In this document: positions 51,201-62,618 of the stretch, piece by piece | How positions within the stretch are numbered: position 1 is the stretch's first letter | How the letters are laid out: each line of letters starts with the position of its first letter | Position numbers and translations under genes: made by a program | Assembly (NCBI RefSeq): GCF_004010195.1 | Contig: NC_057750.1 | Coordinates: 14,927,273-14,991,272 of the forward strand | From: Chiloscyllium plagiosum | Lineage: Eukaryota | DNA: 64,000 bases | Direction: 5' to 3' | Notes under the pieces: model-generated | What the model was told of the DNA's origin: nothing | The model's database searches: none | Seen by the model: the letters and a program-made list of their open reading frames with translations, nothing else

Positions 51201-53139
51201 GACTGGGAGGAAACCGAAGCACCTGGAGGAAACCCACGCAGACATGGGGAGAACGTGCAAACTCCACACAGACAGTCGCCCGAGGCGGGAATTGCCCTGG
51301 CGCTGTGAGGCAGCAGTGCTAACCACTGTGCCACCGTGCCAACCTGGAGTTGTCAGGTCAATCAAAAACTGAGCAAGTTCCCTCTCCCCTTCCAAAAGGG
51401 AGCTGAGGGAAGCATTGCCAGGGCAAGGGGTCAGGTATCCTCACTTAACAACAATAAAGACCTCCAAACATGCTCTGTGATTACGATTGAGGGATCAATG
51501 TTGGCCCAGAAATTAAACAAAGCTTGCCACTCTACCATCTACTTCTAAGTGCGGTGAGATCTTCTTTTACACCCACCGAAACACCTCTATTGGAAGTGGT
51601 TGGTTTGGTAGTGGTGTGTGGGGGTGTCACATTGAATGATGGTATCTCTTGACAGTGCAGATACCCCTCAGTGCTGCCCTGGGAGTGTCTGTGTTTGAGC
51701 CCCGTACTGGGATAGTACCTTGTGGCTCGGAAGTGAGTATTGTCTACTGGGACACAGCTGATGCTCAAATCCCTGAAGCTCATATCCCTGTCCCCTCGCA
51801 GAATTCCACACTCAGTGCTTCCTTGTGGATGATGCTGAGAGTTTGGAACGATGGTACAGGAAGTAACTTCCATTTCTGTGGGAAAGAGATTGACTGTGTG
51901 TCCTGGGCAGGGGGACGGGGGTTATAACCAGTTCCACATTTACCTCCTTTGCCCTCTTACCCCATGCCAGGTGTTGCAGCAGGTGATTGGCAGTGTCACT
52001 GAGGGGACTGATGCCCTGCTGAGGTCGGCAGGAGCCCTGCTCCAGAAAAGTGAGCCCCAAGACGGGGTGACAATCGAATCCGAGGTTCAGGATCTCCTCC
52101 AGTTCCAGCAGGAAGTGTTTGGACAAATGGATCGGCTTCGCAAGAGATGCTACAGCATGAACCAGGTGAGGCCTGGCATCAGTCGTCAATCCCAAACATT
52201 CGTTCATGGGGTATCACTGACAAGGCCACGTTTGTTCCCCTTCCCGAATTGTCCTTGCATGTACCCAAGGGCCATTTCTAAGACCATAAACTATAGAAGC
52301 AGAATTAGGCCATTCTACCCGTTTGAGTCTGCTCTGGTACTCACTCATGCCGGTTGTGTTTCTCAACTCCATTTTCATACCTTCTCCCTGTAGTTGAGAT
52401 TCGCTGTGGGTTTGGAAGCACATGTAGGCCAGGCCAAGTTAAGGATGGCCGATTTCCCTCCCTGAAGGACAGGAATGAATTAGTGGGTTTTTACAACAAT
52501 CATTGAATTTCAGGTGACCGTTAAACGAGACTAGCTTTTAATTCCTGATGTATTAATCACATTTAAATTCCACTAACTGCCTTGGTGGGATTTGAACCCT
52601 TGTCCTTGGGTTACTAATCCAGTAACCTTATCACGACACCACAGTCTCACCACTTGATGCTGAGTCTGGAAGGCAGTGAGGTGCCCTATTGAAGGATGAG
52701 ATGGATGTCCATTACACCTACCTTCATTAGGGACAGTGGAGGAGAAAGAGGTCAAAGGCCAGGATGGACATGGGACAGACCATTTTTGTTTCATGAAGGG
52801 GTGCTTTAGTCTGGCGTGGGCACTACGTAAATGCATGAAGGTTTTGTTTCTGGGCTGCTTTCCACAAACTGATCTGCCCCTTCTCCGTATTCCAGACGTC
52901 TGACGGATGGGAGTCCCTCAGTAGAGAGTGCCGTGAGTCTGAGAGCTGCTGTGACAGAATCCTCAAGGGCAGACGACGCGGGCGGCCATTGTGGCAGCAT
53001 CTACTGCCGGAGGGGGTTCCTGGTGGCTATTTGAACCCGATCTGCGTGGACTCCTTAGCTCTGGAATGGGATTCATCTGTAGATGTTGGAGACTCGAGGA
53101 CACTAGAGGGCAGTGTTTCCTTTTGTAGCTCTGTGCTTG
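42115..53139 (+). CDS. Nesprin/SYNE-family protein, short form (spectrin repeats + LEWD; possible SYNE4 orthologue); join(42115-42272,43976-44126,46268-46450,50054-50191,51971-52165,52896-53139), 3' incomplete
   Basis: Six GT-AG exons splice in frame (~356 codons); collinear with the C-terminal spectrin repeats of nesprin-1/2 (WQEFLDDYSRF, AKEELKRFE, GNQRWDNLQ, QREEFET, KSEP, LEWD). Confidence 0.85.
42440..43415 (-). mobile_element. CR1-type LINE 3' fragment with nested Penelope-type hammerhead insertion (42543-42672)
   Basis: QRDLGVQVHSSLKV; insert flanked by TSD CTGAACCTTTCCTAT (42528, 42673). Confidence 0.85.
43976..44126 (+). CDS. Nesprin-like exon B (MEQSWQLWQEFLDDYSRFNDW...AKEELKRFE)
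   Basis: CGCAG acceptor, GAG|GTGAGT donor, 151 nt, spectrin-repeat motif. Confidence 0.92.
46268..46450 (+). CDS. Nesprin-like exon C (CLQKRTEEHVIQLESINRRYRQLARE...GNQRWDNLQRRVGIICKRLK)
   Basis: 183 nt phase 0/0; AAG|GTAATT donor. Confidence 0.9.
47552..48180 (+). mobile_element. Possible solo LTR
   Basis: TGTCAC start, AATAAA near 48066, LTR-like composition; ends uncertain. Confidence 0.4.
50054..50191 (+). CDS. Nesprin-like exon D (YFVTQREEFETERENLWLWLMQLD...EKLDSLQ)
   Basis: 138 nt phase 0/0; TTGTCAG acceptor, CAG|GTACC donor. Confidence 0.9.
50787..50914. repeat. Penelope-derived insertion forming a perfect 43-bp hairpin
   Basis: Arms 50827-50869 and 50872-50914; TSD CTAAACTCTATTGAGT at 50771 and 50914. 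Confidence 0.9.
51052..51340 (-). mobile_element. HE1-type SINE
   Basis: Reverse-complement tRNA head and (AATCT)n tail. Confidence 0.88.
51971..52165 (+). CDS. Nesprin-like exon E (VLQQVIG...LLQKSEPQD...QEVFGQMDRLRKRCYSMNQ)
   Basis: 195 nt phase 0/0; CAG|GTGAGG donor; KSEP motif. Confidence 0.9.
52896..53139 (+). CDS. Nesprin-like exon F, adaptive-domain region with LEWD motif (...ICVDSLALEWDSSVDVGD...)
   Basis: TTCTCCGTATTCCAG acceptor, open 244 nt, G|GTATGT donor; LEWD at 53061-53072; absent from ORF track. Confidence 0.85.
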
Positions 53140-53371
53140 GTATGTGATTGCCCTCACTGGAGAGTGTCTTCATTTTCTTTAAATTTAACCAATTTTTCTA
53201 AGCAACCTGTTCAGCGACTCCATTACACACCTCTGGAGCAGGTGGGAATTGAACCTGGGCCTCCTGGTTCCAGGATAGGGGCACTAGCATTGCACCATAA
53301 GAGGACCCTCTTCGTCTAGTGATAATACCACTTGGCCAAGAGAGTCTTAACAGGGCTGAGGAAGAGGTGTA

Positions 53372-53548
53372 CAGAGGAACCCCGATTATCCCAATTTCAG
53401 ATTTTCCGAATTTCAAAATATCCGAATAAGATCGCAAAGTCCCGATGCTTGGCTAAACTGTGTTATCCAGCAATCGATTATCCGAACATTTGATTATCCA
53501 AACAAAATACTCCTCGCTCATGTCATTCGGATAATCGAGGTTCCTCTG
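53372..53548. mobile_element. pogo/Tigger-like MITE (same family as 16575)
   Basis: TA-CAGAGGAACCCCGATTATCC ... GGATAATCGAGGTTCCTCTG-TA. Confidence 0.85.
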
Positions 53549-53849
53549 TACATGTGTCACAGGTCCTTGCGGCATTAGGGTAGTGTTTTGATCAGCAGAA
53601 ACCTCCCAGTGATGTAGATGAAACCTATATCTTTCACATCCTAATGAACACTTGGCCTTCTGAACCCACTTCTCCATTTGATAACATTGTGACTGATCTG
53701 ATTTTAACTTGCCTGGAATTTCGTAGAATCCCTACAGTGTAGAAACAGGCCCTTCGGCCCAACAAGTCCACACTGACCCTCCGAAGAGCAATCCACCCAG
53801 ACCCATTCCCATACCCTATTACTCTGAATTTACCCCTAGTAATGCCCCG

Positions 53850-54825
53850 AAGGGAGTGTTGCTGAACAAAGAGTCCTTGGAGTGCAAGTTCATAGTTCCT
53901 TGAAAGTAGAGTCACAGATAGATAGGATAGTGAAGAAGACGTTTCCTTTATTGGTCAGTGCGTTGAGTTTGGGGGTTGGGAGGTCATTTTGTGGCTATAC
54001 AGGACAGTGGTTAGGCCACTGTTGGAATATTGTGTGCAATTCTGGTCTCCCTGCTATAGGAGAAAGTGAGGTCTGCAGATGCTGGAGATCAAAGTTGAAA
54101 CTTTATTGCTGGAACAGCACAGCAGGTCAGGCAGCATCCAGGGAACAGGAGATTCGACGTTTCGGGCACAGGCCCTTCTCCCTGCTATAAGAAAGATGTT
54201 GTGAAACTTGAAAGGGTTCAGAAAAGATTTACAAGGATGTTGCCATGGTTGGAGGGTTTGAGCTACAGGGAGAGGCTGAACAGGCTGGGGCTTTTTTCCA
54301 CGGAGCATCAGAGGTTGCTCTGATCAGGGGCGGCACGGTGGCACAGTGGTTAGCACTGCTGCCTCACAGCGCCTGAGACCCGGGTTCAATTCCCGGAAGG
54401 GCCTGTTTCCACACTGTAATGTAATGTAATCTAATCTAATCTAATCTAATATTAAGAGGTTGAGGGGTGACCTTATAGAGGTTTACAAAATTGAGGGGCA
54501 TGGATAGGATAAATAGACAGTCTTTTCCCAGAGGTGGGGGAGTCCAGAACTAGAGGACGTAGATTTAGAGTGAGAGGGGAAAGATTTAAAAGAGACCTAA
54601 GGGGCAACTTTTTCTCACAGAGGATGGTGCGTGTATGGAATGAACTGCCAGAGGAAGTGGTGGAGGCTGGTACAATTGCAACAGTTAAAAGGTATCTGGA
54701 TGGGTATATGACTAGGAAGGGTTTAGAAGGATATGGGCCAAGTGCTGGCAAATGGGACTAGATTAATTTGGGATATCTGGTAGGCATGGATATCTGTTTC
54801 CATGCTGTACATCTCTATGACTGTA
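53850..54825 (+). mobile_element. CR1/HER1-type LINE 3' part with nested Penelope-type fragment (54059-54176) and mini-SINE (54318-54454)
   Basis: CR1 C-terminal translation; TSDs TCTCCCTGCTATA and AGAGGTTG. Confidence 0.85.
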
Positions 54826-56244
54826 TAACTGAACATCCCTGAACACTATGGGCAATTCAGCATGGCCAATTCACCTAACCTGTACATCTTTGAACTGTGG
54901 GAGGAAACCAGAGCACCCGGAGGAAACCCATGCAGACACGGGGAGAATGTGCAAATTCCACATACAGTCACCTGAGGTTGGATTGAATCTGGGACCCTGG
55001 TGCTGTGAGGCAGTAGTGCTAACCACTAAGCCACCATGCCGCCCCATTCAACTTCAGTGTTACATTCCTGCATGTCCCCTGATAATCTTTCATTTCCTTG
55101 GTCATCAAGAATTTATCTACCTCTGCTGCAAAAATACTTAGATTCTGCATCTGCTATTTTGAGAGGAAGGGAATTCTGAAGACCCTCTGAGATTTAAAAA
55201 AAAGTTTCCTCATTTCTGTCCCCTTACTTTTTAAACTGAGCCCAGATAGCCCAAAGCCCATGAAATGTGGCATCCAGTTTGCACGCAGCAAGACTTCAGA
55301 CAGCGCCTAGTGAACAATTAAGGGATAGTAGGAAATGGCAGCCTAAAGGTTATGTCTGGCTGAATAATCCAGAAACTCTGGCTAACCCAGATGGAGATGA
55401 GAGTTAAAATCCTGCCATAGCAATGTGGGCAAATCTTAACTACCCTCTGAAATGAGCAAGCAAAGCCACACTGTTTGAGGGCAATTGGAGATTCAGTAAC
55501 ACCCACATCCCAAGTTAAGACTGAAGATGTTGGTTGGTGGATAAGTACTGTCTGGAAGCTGGGGAGGAGGTTTTTGCACTAGTCTGCAGTAAATGGATAT
55601 ATCCAGACTGTCAGCCAGTGCTCCACAAGCTGCTCTCTCTTTTATTGAGTCAGCAGTTTGAACTTCATCCCTGAGTTTTGAGGATACATCCCAGTGCTGT
55701 ACTGAGCGAGTGCTGCACTGTCAGAGGTAACATCTTTTACATGAGGCATCGGAACAAGACCTTATCTGCCTTCTCTGGTGAATGTTAAAGCCCCCCATTC
55801 TGTGTTGTTGGAAGTAATACCTGTACTACAGAATTCGGCCCTGTGTCCTAGCCACAGGATCAACTCTGATTCAATTAATAGTCGTTAGGTTGTAGAGTAT
55901 ACATCATGGAAACAGGCCCTTCGGCCCAACTCATCAATGCCGACCAGATTTCCTAGACTGAACTCATCCCATTTGTCTATATTTGGCACATACCCCTCTA
56001 GACCTTTCCTATCCATGAACCTGTCCAGATGCCTTTTAAATGTTGTAATTGTACCGGCCTCCACCACTTCCTCTGGCAGCTCATTCCATACACACCACCC
56101 TTTGAAGAAAATGTTGCCCCCTCAGGTCCCTCTAATTCTACATTCTCTAGTATTGGACTCCTTTACCCTGGGGAAATGACCTTGGCTATTCACCTTTATC
56201 TATGCCCCTTTTATGATTTTACAAACCTCAATGAAGACTGAAGA

Positions 56245-58540
56245 GGGCATGCCCAGAGTAGCACTACAAGCAGACCTCAAAATGGGGCGTCAACCTGGTG
56301 AAGCTACCAAACGGGACTACTTGCACACCAAACAGCACCAGCAGCAAGTGCTAAAGGCGAGGCGATTCCACAACCGACAGATCCAATCTGAGCTCTGCAG
56401 TCCTGCCACATCCAGGTGTGAATGGTGGTGTACAATTAACCAATCATTGGTGTAGGAAGCTCCACAAACATCTCCATGTTCAATGATAGAAGAGCCCAGC
56501 ACATCAGGGCAGAATGCTGATGCAGTCGCAGCAATCTTCAGCCTGAGGTGCCAAGTGGATGATCCATCTCTGCCTCCTACAGTGGTCTTCAGCCAATTCG
56601 ATTCACTCCACATGTTATCGAGAAATGGTTGGAGACACTGGATACTGCAAATGCTATAAGCCCTGACAACATTCCAGCAATAGTACTGAAGACTTGTGCT
56701 CCACACTTTTTCACTCCCCTAGCCAAGGTCTTTCAGTACAGTTATAATACTGGCATCTACGTGACAATGTAAAAAATTGCCCAGATATTTATATCCTCTG
56801 CTGAAAAAGCAGGACAAATCCAACTCGGCCAATTACTGCCCCATCAGTCTACACTCAATCAGCAGTAAAGTGATGGAAGGTGTCATCAACAGTGCTATCA
56901 AGCAGCTCCTGCTCAACAATTGTGCCACCCAATCTGGATTCCACCAGGGTTTGACCTCAACTCCTGACCTCATTCCAGCCTGGGTTCAAACATGGAACAA
57001 AAGAGTTGAATTCCAGAGGGCGAGGTGAGAGGGGCAGCCCTTGGCATCAAGGCCCATGCTTCACAGCACCAGTGACCTGGCTTCAATTCCAATCTTGGAC
57101 GGATGGTATGGAGTTTGCATGTTCTCTTCCCTGTGTCTGCGTGGGTTTCCTCCCGGTGCTCCGGTGTCCACCTACAATCCAAAGACGTGCAGGCTAGACG
57201 AATTGGCCATGCTAAATTGCCCATTGTTTTCAGGGATATATAGGTTAGTCAGGGTAAATACAGGGTAAGGGAATGGGTCTCGGTGGGTTACTCTTTAGAG
57301 GGTCAGTGTGGACTTATTGGGCTGAAGGGCTTGTTTCCGCGCTGTCATGCTTCTAATCTTCTAATCTAAAGGCCGCTTTCAACTAAGTGTGACATCAAGA
57401 AGCCCTAGCAAAACTGGAATCGATGTGAATCGGAGAAAACTCTGGTTATAGTCAGATCCGGCACGTGGGTGGTAGTTGTGGTTGTCTGAAATCAGTCATC
57501 TTAATTCCAGGAGTTCCTTCGGGTATGTCCTGTGCCCCAACCATCTTCATTAATTAACCTCCCTCCATCATAAGGACAGAAGTCTGGATGTTTGTTGTTG
57601 ATTACACAAAGTTCAGCACCGTTTACGACTCAGACTGAAGCAGTGCATGTTCAAATGCAACAAGATCTGGAAGAGGTGGCACAATGGCTCAATGGTTAGC
57701 ACTGTTCCCTCACAGCACCAGAGACCTGGGTTCGATTCCCGACTGTGTGGGGTTTTCACATTCTCCATGTGTCTGCATGGATTTCCTCTGGGTACTCCGG
57801 TTCCCTTCCACAATCCAAAGACGGGCAGGTCTGGTGAACTGGCCGTGCTAAATTGCCCATAGGTTAGGTACAGTGGTCAGTAGAATGGTTCTGGGTGGGT
57901 TACTCTTCGGAGGGTCGGTGTGGACTTGTTGGGCAGAAGGGCCTGTTTCCACGCTGTAGGGAATCTAATCTAATGTCCAGACATGGGCTGACAAGTAGCA
58001 AGTAACATTTGTGCCTCAAGTTCCAGGCAATGACCACTTCCAACAACAGAAATCGAACCATTGCCTCCTGACAGACAATGGCACTATTATTGCTGAAGCC
58101 CCTGTCATTGACCAGAAACTCAACTGGACTCATCACATTAACACAGTGGCTACAATTGCAGGTTGGAGGCTAGGAATCCTGCAGCATGTAACACAATCCT
58201 TGACTCCCCAAAGACTGTCCACCATCTAGAAGAGACACATCGGGAGTGTGATGGAATACTCCTCACTTGTCTGGATGGGTGCATCTCCAACAATGTTCAA
58301 GAAGCTTGACACCATCCAGGACAAAGCAGCCCATTTGATTGGCACTATGTCCACAAACATCCACTCCCTCCACTGACGCTCAGTAACGTCGGTGTGTACC
58401 ATTTACAAGAGGCGCTGCGGAAATTCACCCATGATTCTCAGACAGCACCTTCCAAACCCACAACCAGTTCCATTTTGAAGGACAAAGAGTATGTGGGAAC
58501 ACAACCACCTGCATGTTCACCACTCCGCCATCCTGACTCA
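56245..58540 (+). mobile_element. Degenerate non-LTR retrotransposon RT (second family) interrupted by HE1-type SINEs at ~57030-57370 and 57676-57972
   Basis: PDNIPAIVLKTCA; KKQDKSNSANYCPISL.SI.SKVMEGVIN. Confidence 0.75.
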
Positions 58541-58544
58541 GAAA

Positions 58545-60205
58545 CTTAGAACATGGAACATTCCAGCAGAGTACAGGCCCTTCGGCCCTCGATGTTGCGC
58601 TGACCTGTGAAACCAATCTGAAACCCATCTAACCTACACTATTCTATTCTTGTCCGTATGCCCTTAAAGTTGGCGAGTCGACTACTGTTGCAGGCAGTGT
58701 GTTCCACGCCTCCGCTACCAAGTAAAGAAACTACCTCTGACATCTATTCTATATCTATCACCTCTCAATTTAAAGCTATGTCCTCTCATGCTAGCCATCA
58801 CCATCCGAGGAAAAACGCTCTTACAGTCCACCCTATCTAACCCTCTGATTTATATGTCTCAATTAAGTCACCTTTCAACCTTCTCTCCAATGAAAACACC
58901 CTCAAGTCCCTCAGTCTTAAAGCTATGTCCTCTCATGCTAGCCATCACCATCCGAGGAAAAAGGCTCTTACAGTCCACTCTATCTAACCCTCTGATTTAT
59001 ATGTCTCAATTAAGTCACCTTTCAACCTTCTCTCTAATGAAAACACCCTCAAGTCCCTCAGCCTTTCCTCGTAAGACCTTCCCTCCATACCAGGCAACGT
59101 CTTAGTAAATCTCCTCCTGAAACCTTTCCAAAGCTTCCATATCCTTCCTATAATGCGGTGACCAGAACTGTACACAATACTCCAAATGTGGCCACACCAG
59201 AGTTGTGTACAGCTGCAGTATGACTTCATGGCTCCGAAACATGATCCCTCTACCAATAAAAGCTAACACACTGCCTCCTTAACAACCCTATCAACCTGGA
59301 TGGCAACTTTCAAGGATCTACATACCTGGATACCGAGATCTGTCTGCTCATTTACACTACCAAGAATCTTACCATTAGTCCAGTACTCTGCATTCCTGTT
59401 ACTCCTTCCAACATGAATTACCTCACACTTTACTGCATTAAACTCCATTTGCCACCTCTCAGCTCAGCTCTGCAGCTTAATCCATGTTCCTGTGTAACCC
59501 ACAGCATCCTTTGTCACTATCCACAACTCCACCGACCTTCGTGTCACCTGCAAATGTACTAACCTATCCTTCTATGCCCTCATCCAGGTCATTTATAAAA
59601 ATTACAAACAGCAGTGGACCCAAAGTGATCCCTGCGGTACACCACTAGTAACTGAACTCCAAGATGAACCTTTCCCATCAACCACCACCCTCTGTCTTTC
59701 AGCTAGCCAATTTCTGATCCAAACCACTAAATCATCCTCAATCCCATGCCTCCGTATTTTGTGCAGCAGCCTTCCAGTGGGGATCTTTATCAAACACCTT
59801 ACTGAAATCCATATACACCACATCAACTGCTTTACCCTCATCCACCTGTTTGGTCACCTTCTCAAAGAACTCAATAAGGTTTGTGAGGCATGACCTACCC
59901 TTCACAAAAGCATGCTGACTATCCCTAATCAACTTATTTCTTTCGAGATGATTATAAATCCTATCTCTTATAACCCTTTCCAACACTTTACCCACAACTG
60001 AAGGAAGGCTGACAGGTCTACGATTACCAGGGTTGTCTCTACTCCCCTTGAATAAGAGAACAACATTCCCTATTCTCCAGCCTTCTGGCACAATTCCTGT
60101 GGACAATGATGACATAAAGATCAAAGCCAAAGGCTCGGCAATCTCCTCCCTGGCTTCCCAAAGAATCCTAGGATAAATCCCATCTGGCTCAGAAGACTTA
60201 TTCCT
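58545..60205 (-). mobile_element. CR1-type LINE RT fragment (relatively intact)
   Basis: PDGIYPRILWEAREEIAEPL...SQHAFVKGRSCLTNLIEFFE...VDVVYMDFSKVFDK; VTSGVPQGS. Confidence 0.92.
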
Positions 60206-60828
60206 GGTCCTTCTGTCTCTTGACAAAGTCCTGGAACACCCTCCCTAACAGCATTGTGAATCTACCTACAGCACGTGGACTATAACAGTTCAGGAAGACA
60301 GTTGAGCACCCACCACCTCAAAGGGGCAGCTGGGGATGGGCAATAAATGGTATCTCAGGCACATCCTGGGAATGAAAGAAAACTACTTGACTAACAGTCA
60401 GGAGCTTTAGCATTTCCACAGAGTATGACAGGGTCTGCACACTGCCTGACATATTGGGTGAGTTCTGTCTGCAAAGCATCTGTCAGGTTTATCTCAAAGG
60501 CCGACAATAATACAATTGGAAATGAGTTTGCTTTTCCACACACCATTTCCTCACAACAACTTTTTCGCCTACGCAGGTCAGTAAGGAACCTATTTGATGG
60601 GGTCCCCTGGCCAGTGGGATCTCTGATCAGGTTGTGTTTGCTGAAGTATCCATGCTGTGCTTTTAGGAGATCTCTTTAACCCCAGTAGGCTGCATGCAAT
60701 GGACCCCACTGCCTCCAGCAAAGTATCGAGTTGCTACCTCAGCTTTCTGACCTGAAAGCCCCAGTACGATTCCACTTCCATGATGGCCCTGTCCACAGCT
60801 CCTTAAGCTTTCCTCTCTCTGAACCTTG

Positions 60829-61026
60829 AGGAGAGAGTGAGGTCTGCAGATGCTGGAGATCAGAGCTGAAAATGTGTTGCTGGAAAAGCGCAGCAGGTCA
60901 GGCAGCATCCAGGGAACAGGAGAATCGACTTCCTGAAGAAGGGCTTATGCCCGAAACGTCGATTCTCCTGTTCCCTGGATGCTGCCTGACCTGCTGCACT
61001 GTTCCAGCAACACATTTTCAGCTCTG
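60829..61026 (+). mobile_element. Palindromic Penelope-type insertion with hammerhead core
   Basis: CTGAAGA-A-GGGC-TTAT-GCCC-GAAACGTC at 60933-60960; inverted arms; flanks share TGAACCTT. Confidence 0.8.
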
Positions 61027-61769
61027 TGAACCTTCACCATGCTCAATGGCTGCAGCAAGGGGCAGTGACTGACCAACTGGTGCTGATGTTACTATCGATT
61101 CAGTGTATCTCTGAATCCTCCCCTTGGAATCATTATCTGATTGGTCCCATTGACAAAATCTGGATGGAACAATTTGTATTTGGAGAAGTGTCACCAACAT
61201 TGACACCAAGACCAGGGCTTGGTTCTACTTTGCAATGCTATTTTGATTTCTCCTGGTGCACACATGGTCCATTTCTGCCAAAGAGGAACAAGAATCTGAT
61301 TCTGATAGGTTTCTGCTAAACAATTTCATTTCCTCTATTGTGCAACTTTATTTTGCCAAGGTAAGGGCATCTCTCACCGGTACAAACCAGTCTCTCTCCT
61401 CCATCTCTAGCGTGTGACTGCTGATGTCCCCATTACATCAGAAGGACAATAAGACATTAGCGCAGAAGTAGGCCATTTGGCCCTTCAAGTCTGCTCCACC
61501 ATTCGGTGAGATCATGGCTGATCTGATAATCCTCAACTCCACTTGGAGTCATCAAGATCTACAGCCCGTGAGAAAGGGACTTCAGCCGACCACATCTGTG
61601 CCAGTGAAAAACGAGCACCAAACTGTTCTAATCCGTGTCTTTCCACCATAATTCTTAATTCACTTACAGATTTAAAATCTATCTCACCTTGAATATAGTG
61701 AATAACATAGCCTCAATATCACCTGTGGTAAAGAGTTGTACATCACGATCCCATTGCATCGTTACGCCA

Positions 61770-62225
61770 TTCAGAAGAGATTTACCAGGATGTTGCTGGA
61801 AATGTAGGTTTTGAGAGGCTGGATAGGCTGGGACTTTTCTCACTGCAGCATAGGAGGTTAAGGGGTGACCTTTATAGAGGTTTATAAAATCATGAGGGGT
61901 ATAGATGAGGTGACTAGCAGGTGAATAGGATGGGAGGTTTCAAGACAAGGGGTATATTTTTAAGGTGAGAGAAGAAAGATTTTTGAAAAGACACGATCAA
62001 TTTTTTTCTTTTTACACAGTGGTTCATGTGTGGAATGAACATCCAGAGGAAGTGGTGGATACGGCTACAGTTACTACATTTAAAAGATTTTTCGATAAGT
62101 ACATGAGTAAGAAATGTTTGGAGGGATATGGACCAAGTGCGGGCATTAGGGACTAGTTTAATTTGGGATTATGTTCGTCATGGACTGGTTAGATGGAAGG
62201 GTCTGTTTCTGTGCGGTATGACTCT
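61770..62225 (+). mobile_element. CR1/HER1-type LINE 3' end
   Basis: [27 protein letters not shown]. Confidence 0.85.
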
Positions 62226-62517
62226 ACTCCACACTAGAGTTGGACATCCTGTCACCCTTGTAGTCTGTTGACTCCCTTGCAAGTCACTGACAATGGAGCA
62301 GGGTTCATTTTTGAGCCTCTGAAAGTCGCTGATTTTGGTGAACAGACTATTCTTGAGCAAGTAGATGCCTTTGATACATTCTGAGGTGTGAGAATGGGAT
62401 GGGGGACATCTGAACGGATTCGGCTCTGAGAGTGATGAGGGTCTCCCTCTTCAGGTGTTAGTGGATGAACAGGTGCTGGAGACAGACAGATCCTGCATAA
62501 TGTGTCCTCCATTTCAG

Positions 62518-62618
62518 ACCAGCCTGATGGATTGGCGATGGCATCAGGACCATGGGGCTGTAGGAGAAACCGGCGGATCCATGGTGAATGGATGTATGAC
62601 TCCAGCACAACACAGCAG
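62518..62618 (+). CDS. Candidate further nesprin-like exon (DQPDGLAMASGPWGCRRNRRIHGEWMYDSSTTQQ)
   Basis: Strong acceptor TGTCCTCCATTTCAG, CAG|GTGAGA donor, phase 1 start compatible with exon F; no homology recognised. Confidence 0.4.

Noticed and set aside
54328..54395. tRNA gene
   Set aside because: tRNA-derived SINE head; no complete acceptor stem, followed by LINE tail
59738..60226. Functional reverse transcriptase gene
   Set aside because: Truncated, frameshifted CR1 fragment
60666..60722. Small phase-1 exon candidate after the LEWD exon
   Set aside because: Weak donor (AAA|GTATCG), no homology
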